Source: a virus
Taxonomy: Duplodnaviria; Caudoviricetes
DNA length: 64,000 bases
Reading direction: 5' to 3' (one strand)
IMG/VR virus record: IMGVR_UViG_3300048853_000062
Coordinates: 4,853 to 68,852 of that record
Shown here one piece after another: positions 16,999-26,068 of this stretch. The notes beneath the pieces were generated by a model, which saw only the letters and a program-made list of their open reading frames with translations, made no database searches and was not told the DNA's origin. The position numbers and the translations under genes are program-made. The first letter of the stretch is position 1; each line of letters begins with the position of its first letter.

Positions 16999-18170
16999 CC
17001 GACGACGAGCGCCCCGTGCACCGCTGCATTGCCGGCCAGGGCTGCCGCCGCGCCGAAGTCACCGAGGGTGGCCGCCAGGCGGCCCTCACCGATGGCCCTG
17101 ACACTCTGTGCGACGCCTGCCGTGGCGCAGTCGAATACGCCATCACAGACATGCCCGAAATCTGGATGCTCCTCCATGGCGCAATCGGCGACCAATCTCG
17201 CCGCGCCGGCGGCCAGAAAGTCAAACGCTCCCGGTCGGCGCCGATCAACCTCAACACCGACGTCGACGCACTCAAGGCCGCCATCGTCGAGTGGATGGTC
17301 GCCGCCGCCGCACCCATTTCCGAAGTGCTCAACACCGACGATCCGCACCCGCACAACAACACCGACGCCGAGCAGTTCCGGGTCGTCCTCGCGTGCACCC
17401 GACTGCTCTCAACCCACGTCGACGACCTCCTCGCCACACCGACTGACAACGTGAGCGTGTGGCTCTCAGCCTCGGAGACTGCCTATCCGGGGGAGCGGTA
17501 CTACGTCGACGACCACGGCGTGACGCACTCGGGCACGGGCATTCAGTCGATGGACGGCGTCGACTTGGCGTTAAAGCTGGTGCAGCTGCGCAGCAGCGCC
17601 CGGTCACTGCTGGCCCTGACGACTCCGCACGACAAGTTGTCGGTGCCATGCCCCCACTGCAACACCTACGAGCTGGTGCGAACTCACCGCACCATCCGCA
17701 CAGTCGGCGGCAAGAACCGTGAGATCGACCAAATCAACTGCGGCAACTGCGGTCTCGACTGGCCGTACGAGCGATACCGCCAACTATGCCTGATCTGGGT
17801 CAAGGAGGACGAGATGGAACGCGAGAAACTGCAGAAGCAGCTCGACCACGAGAAGGCGCGCCGCGAGATGGCCGAATGGCTGCTGGCCAAACGGGAATGG
17901 CAACTCAGCCTCGCCGCAGAATGCACCAACATCACGGCTGCGGACTTCGCCGCCACCGTCCTCGAGGTCGACGACACTCCGTCCGACCTCCTCATGTCCG
18001 ATAATGAATTGGCTGCCTACCTCAGCGTCGCAGACTCCACCATCCGCTCCTGGGCCACACGCGGACACATCACCCGCCACACCGCCGACGACGGCTCCAC
18101 CCTCTACAACGCTGCAGAAGTCATCGCCCACCACAACTCCGACCGAAAGGCCACCCGATGCTCGGCCTGA
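16995..18170 (+). CDS. Large Zn-finger plus C-terminal HTH protein, candidate late-gene regulator
   Basis: CPHC/CGNC pairs, coiled coil, terminal MSDNELAAYLSVADSTIRSWATRG HTH; last gene of the early operon. Confidence 0.6.
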   Translation: MTDDERPVHRCIAGQGCRRAEVTEGGRQAALTDGPDTLCDACRGAVEYAITDMPEIWMLLHGAIGDQSRRAGGQKVKRSRSAPINLNTDVDALKAAIVEWMVAAAAPISEVLNTDDPHPHNNTDAEQFRVVLACTRLLSTHVDDLLATPTDNVSVWLSASETAYPGERYYVDDHGVTHSGTGIQSMDGVDLALKLVQLRSSARSLLALTTPHDKLSVPCPHCNTYELVRTHRTIRTVGGKNREIDQINCGNCGLDWPYERYRQLCLIWVKEDEMEREKLQKQLDHEKARREMAEWLLAKREWQLSLAAECTNITAADFAATVLEVDDTPSDLLMSDNELAAYLSVADSTIRSWATRGHITRHTADDGSTLYNAAEVIAHHNSDRKATRCSA

Positions 18171-18313
18171 CCATCGCCATCCTCGTTATCGCGGCCACTG
18201 CATGCTGCTACTCAGCTCCTGCGCACAGCGTTTGGCCGCCATCCGGAAGGCCGCGGAGGTGGATGTGGCCCGGACTTTCCACCCGCGCAACCGGGTCGCT
18301 GATCGCTGCGTGA
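18158..18313 (+). CDS. Possible small membrane or secreted protein
   Basis: GAAAGG RBS, hydrophobic N-terminus; weak C-terminal half. Confidence 0.35.
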   Translation: MLGLTIAILVIAATACCYSAPAHSVWPPSGRPRRWMWPGLSTRATGSLIAA

Positions 18314-18380
18314 AGGTTCGGGTGCCGAGATTGAGCCGTCTGCGCCAGCCATCGCGGGGGGTGGCTTAATGTCTTGATCT

Positions 18381-18695
18381 ATGCCCCACAACCCACCGCC
18401 TTATGAAGGACCGCCCAATCTGCGCAAGACGTTGGTGGCCGGAAGTGTGCCCCTTTTAGACCTCGGCCAGGTCATGTCCGAAAGTCCTGGAAGCATAGTC
18501 TTCATCGCGATCGAAGGTTTCGATGTGGTGGGCGGTCACGGCCTGACTCAATACCGGCAGCTCAAGAACGTAAGCGTCAATAAGGACGACGACGGAAGCT
18601 TTCCGACGGTAATCGAATTGTGGGACGGCCCTGACATTCGGATCGACGGCACCGCAGAGGTCTCCATCATCCTCATGGGACCGGCGGAGGCGTAG
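18381..18695 (+). CDS. Hypothetical accessory protein
   Basis: 104-aa beta-rich ORF with AT-richer codon use than flanking phage genes. Confidence 0.6.
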   Translation: MPHNPPPYEGPPNLRKTLVAGSVPLLDLGQVMSESPGSIVFIAIEGFDVVGGHGLTQYRQLKNVSVNKDDDGSFPTVIELWDGPDIRIDGTAEVSIILMGPAEA

Positions 18696-18716
18696 CCGCA
18701 TGGCTGCAAGTCAAGG

Positions 18717-19352
18717 ATGCTCTCGACAACGTTGTCCTGCGGAAAGCTGCCTGTGACGGATTGGGCCACCGTGGGCATCTCGGTGGCAACGAGTGGCGGT
18801 GTAGCGGCAGGTATCGTCGCGCTCATCAACATGGGCCTACAGCGGCGATTGACGGCCCGTGTTGAAGCGGCGAAGATCGCTCTAGCCGAGAAGCTTAAAG
18901 ACGTCGATGTGCTCCTCGCCGAGGCTGACCGCAAGTCGGCCCTAGCGTTGCGACGAGACGACTCTCGAATGACGATGTTGCTCCAAGTCAACCGGATGGC
19001 TTCCGATGCGGAGGCGCTTGCTCACAACGCCACGCTCGACACTTACGGAGATGGAATTCCCATCTCGCCTGGCAGACCGTTTGCAAACATCGGTGGATCG
19101 CATGAAGAAACGAGGCGGGAAGCGGCCCGCCTGATTTCCGACGCATACTTTTTCGATCCCGAATTGGGTCAAGCGGTCATGCGCCTCCGTGACTGCGAGG
19201 ACGAACTTCAGTACGAAGCCACCGAATACCGATCGCCGTTGGAGCCGTTTCCCGCTGATCACCGTTTGATAGTGGAACTGAAAGCCGCAGCCTTGGAGGT
19301 TCGCGAGCAAGTCCAGAACCTGCTTCGAGCCTGGGAGTACCGGAGTCGATGA
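18717..19352 (+). CDS. Hypothetical accessory protein with N-terminal TM helix
   Basis: WATVGISVATSGGVAAGIVALINMGL then helical soluble domain; start may be GTG ~18752. Confidence 0.65.
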   Translation: MLSTTLSCGKLPVTDWATVGISVATSGGVAAGIVALINMGLQRRLTARVEAAKIALAEKLKDVDVLLAEADRKSALALRRDDSRMTMLLQVNRMASDAEALAHNATLDTYGDGIPISPGRPFANIGGSHEETRREAARLISDAYFFDPELGQAVMRLRDCEDELQYEATEYRSPLEPFPADHRLIVELKAAALEVREQVQNLLRAWEYRSR

Positions 19353-19408
19353 GCAACAGCGCTTGACATTTCGCATTATTCCTTGCAACATGAACCTGTC
19401 GACGGACC

Positions 19409-19657
19409 ATGCCCAGATTCGGGCAGGGTCCGTTTCTCGTTGCACATCCGATGGGACGTGACGGCATGGCACCTGACGATCCCATTGGCACAGTCCGAGC
19501 AGGCCAAGGCGTACTCGCGGTACGCGCACAATGCGCGCAACCCGACTACGAAGACGACCTCAGCTGGTTCGCCATCGACATCGGCGGCATGGGCGACATG
19601 CCACCCGACGAGGTCGAAGAGCAGATCGGCACGTGGCCCATCGTCTACCAACCCTGA
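19409..19657 (+). CDS. Hypothetical protein
   Basis: 82-aa ORF, TGATG-coupled to the HNH gene. Confidence 0.55.
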   Translation: MPRFGQGPFLVAHPMGRDGMAPDDPIGTVRAGQGVLAVRAQCAQPDYEDDLSWFAIDIGGMGDMPPDEVEEQIGTWPIVYQP

Positions 19658-20034
19658 TGCCACGCGCGCCAAGGCGGTGCTCGGGAGACAACGGCAACTG
19701 CATCAACCTGATCCGCAACGCTCGCCACTGCCCTGACCACACCGTTGCGTGGAAGGGCCCGCGCACAGCCTCGAGCCGCGCGACGTCAACGTGGGAGTGG
19801 CAGCAGCTTCGCACCGAGATCCTCGAGCGCGACGGCTACCAGTGCCAGATCGCCTACGAGGGCATCTGCACCGGGTACGCGACGACGGTCGACAAGAATC
19901 GACCCGCTGCGCAGCGCCCAGACCTCGCCTATGACCGCGAGAACTTGCAGGCGGCATGCGACCCGTGCAACGAGCACAAGGCCCGCACGATCGACCAGGG
20001 CCGCGGCAACGGGCGCTCCAGGCGCCGGCGCTGA
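19657..20034 (+). CDS. Terminase-associated HNH-fold protein
   Basis: LRTEILERDGYQCQI...C...TVDK...NLQAACDPCNEHK; position just before terS. Confidence 0.8.
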   Translation: MPRAPRRCSGDNGNCINLIRNARHCPDHTVAWKGPRTASSRATSTWEWQQLRTEILERDGYQCQIAYEGICTGYATTVDKNRPAAQRPDLAYDRENLQAACDPCNEHKARTIDQGRGNGRSRRRR

Positions 20035-20245
20035 CCCCCATGGCACCCACCCCCTCCCAGGGGGTCGCCTACCTCGCCGTGCTGTTCTGTGAAATCCCTC
20101 CTGTACGGGTTCCCACAAAATCGGCCGGCGCCTCGATCCACCCGCGTGAACCCGCGAAACTGCTTGTGCCGCTATGGCTTTCGGCTGATTCGCTGCTGTG
20201 AAACCCGTTATGGGACAGCGCCTTTCCTGATATAGGAGCCCCGCA

Positions 20246-20716
20246 ATGCCTGGTCCGCCCAAGAAAGAAGCGTCGCTGGTCGCGCGGCGTAACAAGCCGG
20301 CGTCCAAGACGGTGCTCAAGCCGCAGGACCGTCCAACCGTCCCGACGCTGCCAACGGGCACCCGCTGGTACCCGCAGGTGCGGGAATGGTGGAAGCGAGC
20401 CTGGACGTCTCCAATGGCGACCCAGTGGGCCGACGCGGATCGCGACGCGATGTTCTTGGCCTTGATGCTGCAGCAGCAGTTCTGGGATCCGGAGACCAGC
20501 CCGTCGACGAGGAACCAGACCGCCGCGCAGCTACGCGCCATCTTCGATCAGTGCGGACTGACCCCGATGGCGCGCAAGAGGCTTGGCTGGGAGATCGAGA
20601 CGCCCGACCCGGCGGCATCGACGAGCGGCTCCCGCAAGACTGCGCCGGCGAAGAAGACCGCAGCGGCCAAGCCCGACGATGACCCGCGGAGGCGCCGCTT
20701 CCAAGTCGTGAGCTGA
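20246..20716 (+). CDS. terS: Terminase small subunit
   Basis: MPGPPKK...WWKRAWTSP...CGLTPMARKRLGWEI; upstream of terL. Confidence 0.85.
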   Translation: MPGPPKKEASLVARRNKPASKTVLKPQDRPTVPTLPTGTRWYPQVREWWKRAWTSPMATQWADADRDAMFLALMLQQQFWDPETSPSTRNQTAAQLRAIFDQCGLTPMARKRLGWEIETPDPAASTSGSRKTAPAKKTAAAKPDDDPRRRRFQVVS

Positions 20717-20723
20717 GTCCCGT

Positions 20724-22358
20724 GTGGAACTGATCGTTCCGCCCGATCTCGAGGAACCCTTACCCTCGCTGGGGCCCCAGGTAGTGCAGTTCCTGAAAGA
20801 GCGCGCGGTGCACGGGCCCGGCGACTTGAAGGGCCAGCCGCTCAACCTCGACGAGGACTGGGAGTACTGGCTGTGGCGCGCCTACGAGGTATGGCCCATG
20901 GGTCATCCCAAGGCCGGGCGCCGGCGGTTCGAGCGCTGCATTGCGTCGGTGCGCAAGGGCGCGGCCAAGACCGAGCAGATGGCCTTCGTCGCGTTCGTCG
21001 AGCTGCACTACGAAGCACCGGTGCGGTTCAACGGGTTTAACAAGGACGGCACTCTCAAGCAAGGCCGTCCGGTCGTGGACCCGTTCATGCCGCTGCTCGC
21101 GAACACCGAGAAGCAAGTGTCCGACCTCGCCTACGGCGCACTGAAGGTGATCTGCGAGGAGTGCCCGGACGCGGACCGCTTCGACGCGACATTGGACCGC
21201 ATCGTCCGGATCGGGGACAACGGCAAGGCCGACGGAACCTGCAAGCCCGTCGCTTCGGCGCCGGACTCCAACGACGGCGGGCGCACGACGTGGCAGGGTT
21301 ACGACGAGACCCACCGCCTGTGGCTGCCCAACCACAAAGAGGCGATCCAGACCATGGAGTCGAACCTCGGCAAGAGGTATGCGCAGGACCCGTGGTCGAT
21401 GTCGACGACCACCGCCGGCGAGCCGGGCAAGCAGTCTCAGGCCGAGGACGACCACTTCGAGGCAGAGGCGACGGCGCGCGGCGAGGTTGAGCGGCCCTCC
21501 ATGTTCTACTTCCACCGCCAGGCGTCCGACCGCTGGAACATGGACGACTTCCAGGAACGCTGCCAGGCCATCATCGAAGCGTCCGGGCCGCAGCTCGCGG
21601 AGCGCACCGACATCGAAAGCATTGCATCGAGGTGGGATCGTCCGAAGGCCGACAAGACCTACCTCGAGCGGGTGTGGACGAACCGGTGGACGCAGCAGGG
21701 CGCCCAAGCGTTCGACATCACGAAGTGGCGCGACGAACTCGGTCGCGACGCGGTGATCCCGCCGCGCGCCTACGTCACGATCGGTTTCGACGGCGCGCGG
21801 ATGCACGACGCCACGGCGTTCGTCGTCACCGACGTCAAGACCGGCCTGCAGCAGCTCGAGGGGCTGTGGGAGAAGGCGCTCGACGACCCCGACGATTGGG
21901 AAGTCGACGAGCTGGAAGTCAACGAGAAGCGCAAGGAACTGTTCAAGCGCTTCCGAGTTCTCAAGCTGTACGCCGACCCGCCGTACTGGAACTACACGGT
22001 CGGCGACTGGGCGGCGCACCACCCGGACGTCGTCGAGGAGTTCTGGACCAACCAGAAGCGCCGCATCCACAAGGCCAACGAGGCATTCGGGGACGCGATC
22101 GCCTCCGGCAGTGTCGGTTTCAGCGCGCAGCACGAGCACGCCGATGACCTATCGCGGCACATCGGCAACGCCGGCCGGCGCGACACCAACCTCACGGCCG
22201 ACGACGAGACCGGCCGAAAGGTGTGGATCCTCACCAAGCTGCACCCCGAACGCAAGATGGACGCCTGCATGGCCGCGGTGCTCTCCTGGCAAGCCCGCAT
22301 GGACATGCTCGGCAAGGTGCCGAAGGCGAAGAAGCGGGTGTTCCGCCAGATCCGATAG
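20724..22358 (+). CDS. terL: Terminase large subunit
   Basis: VRKGAAKTE Walker A, YDETH Walker B, TTTAG, IGFDGARMHDATA nuclease motif, KMDACMA. Confidence 0.95.
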   Translation: MELIVPPDLEEPLPSLGPQVVQFLKERAVHGPGDLKGQPLNLDEDWEYWLWRAYEVWPMGHPKAGRRRFERCIASVRKGAAKTEQMAFVAFVELHYEAPVRFNGFNKDGTLKQGRPVVDPFMPLLANTEKQVSDLAYGALKVICEECPDADRFDATLDRIVRIGDNGKADGTCKPVASAPDSNDGGRTTWQGYDETHRLWLPNHKEAIQTMESNLGKRYAQDPWSMSTTTAGEPGKQSQAEDDHFEAEATARGEVERPSMFYFHRQASDRWNMDDFQERCQAIIEASGPQLAERTDIESIASRWDRPKADKTYLERVWTNRWTQQGAQAFDITKWRDELGRDAVIPPRAYVTIGFDGARMHDATAFVVTDVKTGLQQLEGLWEKALDDPDDWEVDELEVNEKRKELFKRFRVLKLYADPPYWNYTVGDWAAHHPDVVEEFWTNQKRRIHKANEAFGDAIASGSVGFSAQHEHADDLSRHIGNAGRRDTNLTADDETGRKVWILTKLHPERKMDACMAAVLSWQARMDMLGKVPKAKKRVFRQIR

Positions 22359-22373
22359 AAGGGGTGTGACGAT

Positions 22374-23930
22374 TTGACCGGTCCCGCCCCCATCCTGTCT
22401 CGGTCGGCGTTGATGCCCGAAGACTGGTTCAACCGAATCAACGCGATGTTCCACCTGCCGACGCGGCCGCCGTGGGTCGATCGCATGCAGCGGCCGTCCT
22501 CGATCATCGACCCGCGCACCGGCGCCCGTTCCGCCGCCGGAGCGTCCCGGTACACGACTCCGCGCAACCAGCACCTGGACATGCTGTGGTCCTACAACAT
22601 CGGCGATCCGCCTCTGCCGCAGTTGAAGCCGGACTACCAAGAGGTGTTCCGCGACATCATCCGCAAGTCGCGATCGAACTATGCGCCGATGTGCATCGCG
22701 GCGATGCTCGACCGCCTCGCAGTTGAGGACGTCTCGACTCTGGAGGACGAGGACACCGACGGCGACGACCTGGCCGGCGACATCATGGAAGAGACGGGGT
22801 TCGGCGCCGTCAGCAAGGACTGGTTCGCGCAGGGTCTCTCGATGGGGGAGTCGTACGCCATGGTCGTGCCGGGTGTTCCCGGTGGGCCGACCTTGTCGAA
22901 CGGTTCACCGGTTCCGTCGATCCACGCGATCGACCCTCGGCGCTGCATCGGCATTCCGGACCTCGACAACCCCGTTCGTCTGGCCGCAGCCGTCGTGCAC
23001 GAGTTCGACGCGATGCTCGAGCTGCACACGGCGCATCTGTTCCTACCGGGGTGGAAGTGGACGCTCGGGTGGAACGGCACCTCATGGGCGGTTCTGGGTC
23101 AGCCTGAACGTATCTCCGGGCTGGACGCGCTGGGCGGCATTCCGATTGTGCGGTTCGAGAACCTGAACGGGCTCGGCGAGTACGAGCCGCACATCGACCT
23201 GCTGGACCGAATCAACGATGTCACGCTGCAGCGGATCATCGGGTTCTGGTACCAGGCGTTGCGGCAGCGCGGTCTGATCGGCGACGAGGACGAGGAAGAC
23301 GACGAGGACAGCCCGGAAGGGCAGCAGAAAGCCCCCGCGGACCTCAACAAGGTGTTTCGGGCCGGTCCCGGCGAGATGTGGCAGATCCCAGCCGAGTTCA
23401 AGATCTGGGAGTCACAGCAGACCGACTTCAGCCCGCTGCTCAACGGCAAGCGCGACGACGTCAAGGAGTTCGCGGCCGTCACGTTCACGCCGCTGCACCT
23501 CATCACACCAGATGCCGCCAACGGTTCGGCACAAGGTGCGGGCCTGCTGCGGGAGGCTCTGACCGCGAAGGTGCGCGATCGGCGTGCACGTTTCACTCCA
23601 CCGCTGAAGCTGTTGTGGCGCATCGTGTTCGCGATGGCCAATGCAGAAGACCGCGGTCGGCGGATGCGGCTGCACTGGGGCCCGCTCGAGTTCCATACGC
23701 TGGCCGAGCAGGCGTCGGCGGCATCGCAGTCAACCGGGACGCTGTCCACAGAGGACCGCTGCGAACGGATCTACGGCATGACGCCTGACGAGACCAGGCG
23801 CAACATGCAGCGGTTGACGACCGACGCACTGATGCTGCCGGCCGGGCCGAGCGGCCCGCCGCCGGCGGCGTCGCAGACGACGCCGGAACTCGTCGGTGCG
23901 GCGGCCGGAGCCAGTGACAGCGCCAGCTAG
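22374..23930 (+). CDS. Portal protein (SPP1 gp6-like)
   Basis: 518 aa after terL; SRSNYAPMCIAAMLDRL, IPIVRFEN...GEYEPHIDLLDRIN. Confidence 0.9.
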   Translation: MTGPAPILSRSALMPEDWFNRINAMFHLPTRPPWVDRMQRPSSIIDPRTGARSAAGASRYTTPRNQHLDMLWSYNIGDPPLPQLKPDYQEVFRDIIRKSRSNYAPMCIAAMLDRLAVEDVSTLEDEDTDGDDLAGDIMEETGFGAVSKDWFAQGLSMGESYAMVVPGVPGGPTLSNGSPVPSIHAIDPRRCIGIPDLDNPVRLAAAVVHEFDAMLELHTAHLFLPGWKWTLGWNGTSWAVLGQPERISGLDALGGIPIVRFENLNGLGEYEPHIDLLDRINDVTLQRIIGFWYQALRQRGLIGDEDEEDDEDSPEGQQKAPADLNKVFRAGPGEMWQIPAEFKIWESQQTDFSPLLNGKRDDVKEFAAVTFTPLHLITPDAANGSAQGAGLLREALTAKVRDRRARFTPPLKLLWRIVFAMANAEDRGRRMRLHWGPLEFHTLAEQASAASQSTGTLSTEDRCERIYGMTPDETRRNMQRLTTDALMLPAGPSGPPPAASQTTPELVGAAAGASDSAS

Positions 23931-25740
23931 CCCGTACACCTACGAGCAGGCAGTCGCCGCCGCCGCGGCGATTCACGCGGCCGGGGGCGCACCCGCCGAC
24001 CCGGTAGCGACGCTGGCCACGATGTCCGAGCAGGTCGCAACGACCGGGGCGAACGTCTCGACGTGGGCCAAGTCCGCCATCCGTCGGCTGTGGGCCTCGG
24101 TGGACCCGTACGACGTCAAGCAGGTGCAGGCATTCGCAGTGCAGGCCGCGGGCCTCATGCAGTCGGCGCAGACCGCCGCGGCCCGTGTCGCATCTGCCGC
24201 ACAGGCGCTGCAACTGTCGTCGGTCGGCATTGTCGTCGACGCAGCGCCTTCGCTCCCGATCGACGTTCGTGCGCCTGGGGTCGCGATCGTGAAGGGTCGC
24301 CTCGTTCTGCGACAACGGAACGTCCAGGTCGACTACGCGGGCCCGGGCGCCAACGCCAAGGTGTCCAAGGCCGACATGACCACCGAAGGCGTGTTCAAGA
24401 GGCCGGCCGCCGTGTTCCGGTACGCCAGGTCAGAGGGCGCCAACGCCGCGCGAGCGACCGATCTGGCAGTCACGCGAATCGACGACTTGGTCGACGACAA
24501 CGTGATGCTCGCACAGCGGCTCGCTCAACAGCAGGTACTCGTGCAGGCGGTCGTCGACCTGGACGACGGTAAGACGCGCAGCGGATCGAAGGTCATCGGT
24601 TACCGCCGGGTGATGCACCCAGAGCTGTCACGCGGCGGCACCTGCGGCATGTGCATCGCAGCTTCCGACCGGATTTACCACGTGGGCCAGCTGTTGCCGA
24701 TCCACAAGAAGTGCCACTGCACCATCTGCGCTGTCACCGAGGATTACGACCCGGCCGACGATTTGAACGCCGTCGACTTGAGCCAGTTGTACCGGGACGC
24801 CGGCGGCACCTCATCCGCCCACCTGAAGCGCACCCGCTACCAGGTCGACCAGCATGGCGAACTCGGACCGGTACTGGTGCCGAAGGCGAAGTACAAGCCG
24901 CGAACGACGAAGTCGAAAGTCCGTGTCGGCGGAACCGCGCTGCAGACCGACCAACCTGCGCAGGCCGAGGTAGCCCGCCGACAGCTGGAGGTCATGGAAG
25001 ACAGCCTCGCCAAGCTGCAGGCCAGCGGCGAGTCGGAGGATTCGCCGAAAATCGCCTACCACCGGAAACTCATCGACAAGCTGCGGAAACAGGCTGACGA
25101 GATTGCAGCGGCGGGAGGTGGCGGGGGTGGTGACGACGGCGGAGAGCCGCCTCGGCAGAATGGGCGTCTCAACAGCGGCGACGACCCCATCGGACGGCTG
25201 AACAGGTTGTTCTCCAAGCAGACCAGCGACGCGACGCCGGCACAGCGCGCATCGGTCGTCCGTTGGCAGGAGAAGGACGACCGGTTCTACCAGCAAGTCC
25301 AGAACGCCATTGAAGGCAAGGCCGCATCGGATGACGCGGTCCGGGTGGCCCATACGCTCGACACGTTGGCCACACCCCTGGCGGAGGATGTCCTCGTTTG
25401 GCGCGGCATACGGGATGTTGAGAAGGCGTTCCCAGGTGTCGATGCCGACAACCTCGACGCCTCGGTTGGTCAAGCGTTCCCACAGAATCGGTTCACTGGC
25501 ACATCAGCGGACCGGCGGGTAGCGGAGGACGAGTTCACCCGTCCAGGGCGCAATCCGGTCCTGCTACGCGTGAGGGCCAAGGCGGGCCCTCGAGCCGTGT
25601 GGGTGCCGCCTGTGGGAGACCCGTCGACCGCTTACCAGCAGGAACTGCTCTTCACACCGGGCATCGTCATCCGTATCCTCAGCATCGACAGAACCTATAG
25701 TGTTCCTATAGTCGAAGTGGAGGTGAGCGACGGTGGATAA
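23914..25740 (+). CDS. MuF-like minor head protein fused to a C-terminal ADP-ribosyltransferase toxin domain
   Basis: MuF motif TCGMC...LPIHKKCHC; Gly-rich linker; ART motifs VWRG, FTGTS and YQQELL. Confidence 0.85.
   Translation: MTAPASPYTYEQAVAAAAAIHAAGGAPADPVATLATMSEQVATTGANVSTWAKSAIRRLWASVDPYDVKQVQAFAVQAAGLMQSAQTAAARVASAAQALQLSSVGIVVDAAPSLPIDVRAPGVAIVKGRLVLRQRNVQVDYAGPGANAKVSKADMTTEGVFKRPAAVFRYARSEGANAARATDLAVTRIDDLVDDNVMLAQRLAQQQVLVQAVVDLDDGKTRSGSKVIGYRRVMHPELSRGGTCGMCIAASDRIYHVGQLLPIHKKCHCTICAVTEDYDPADDLNAVDLSQLYRDAGGTSSAHLKRTRYQVDQHGELGPVLVPKAKYKPRTTKSKVRVGGTALQTDQPAQAEVARRQLEVMEDSLAKLQASGESEDSPKIAYHRKLIDKLRKQADEIAAAGGGGGGDDGGEPPRQNGRLNSGDDPIGRLNRLFSKQTSDATPAQRASVVRWQEKDDRFYQQVQNAIEGKAASDDAVRVAHTLDTLATPLAEDVLVWRGIRDVEKAFPGVDADNLDASVGQAFPQNRFTGTSADRRVAEDEFTRPGRNPVLLRVRAKAGPRAVWVPPVGDPSTAYQQELLFTPGIVIRILSIDRTYSVPIVEVEVSDGG
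25685..25712 (+). promoter_or_regulatory. Putative internal promoter for the immunity gene
   Basis: TCGACA (25685-25690), 16-nt spacer, TATAGT (25707-25712); second TATAGT at 25696; GGAGG RBS before GTG 25733. Confidence 0.55.
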
Positions 25741-25957
25741 GTTCTCCGACAACCTGAGTTCGCTCCCGCCCGGGACTGTCGTCAAGCCGACCACGGTCGC
25801 CGCACTGCTGCACAAGCTGCAGCTCTCCGACGCACCGCAAGAGCGGCAGGCAAAGGCGATCCGCACTTGGCTCAACAGCAACAAGCCCAGCGACATGATG
25901 CTGTACAGCCTTCGCAACAGTAAGTTCGCCGGCCTGCTGGACCGCCGCTCCGCCTGA
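25733..25957 (+). CDS. Putative immunity protein for the MuF-ART toxin
   Basis: 74-aa ORF overlapping the toxin stop, with a strong RBS. Confidence 0.65.
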   Translation: MDKFSDNLSSLPPGTVVKPTTVAALLHKLQLSDAPQERQAKAIRTWLNSNKPSDMMLYSLRNSKFAGLLDRRSA

Positions 25958-25972
25958 TTCACACCCCTCGAT

Positions 25973-26004
25973 CAACCCCGTGAGCTAAGTCTCCGGGGTT
26001 GTTT
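25973..26004 (+). terminator. Intrinsic terminator
   Basis: CAACCCCG (25973-25980) / CGGGGTTG (25994-26001) stem followed by TTT. Confidence 0.65.
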
Positions 26005-26068
26005 CGTATGCACAGGCTTCCGCCGGATCGGCGGTTAGGCCCGTTATGGGCACCTCACCTCACCCGAT

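Noticed and set aside
19363-19395. SigA late promoter at TTGACA (19363-19368)
   Set aside because: No TAnnnT hexamer at 16-18 nt spacing; it might be activator-dependent, but this cannot be supported from sequence alone.
20760-22139. Long antisense or alternate-frame ORFs (also 27228-28331, 40035-40874, 45969-47078, 49668-51167, 42241-43845)
   Set aside because: Shadow ORFs expected in high-GC DNA; they fully overlap well-supported phage genes and have Arg/Gly/Ala-rich composition with no motifs.
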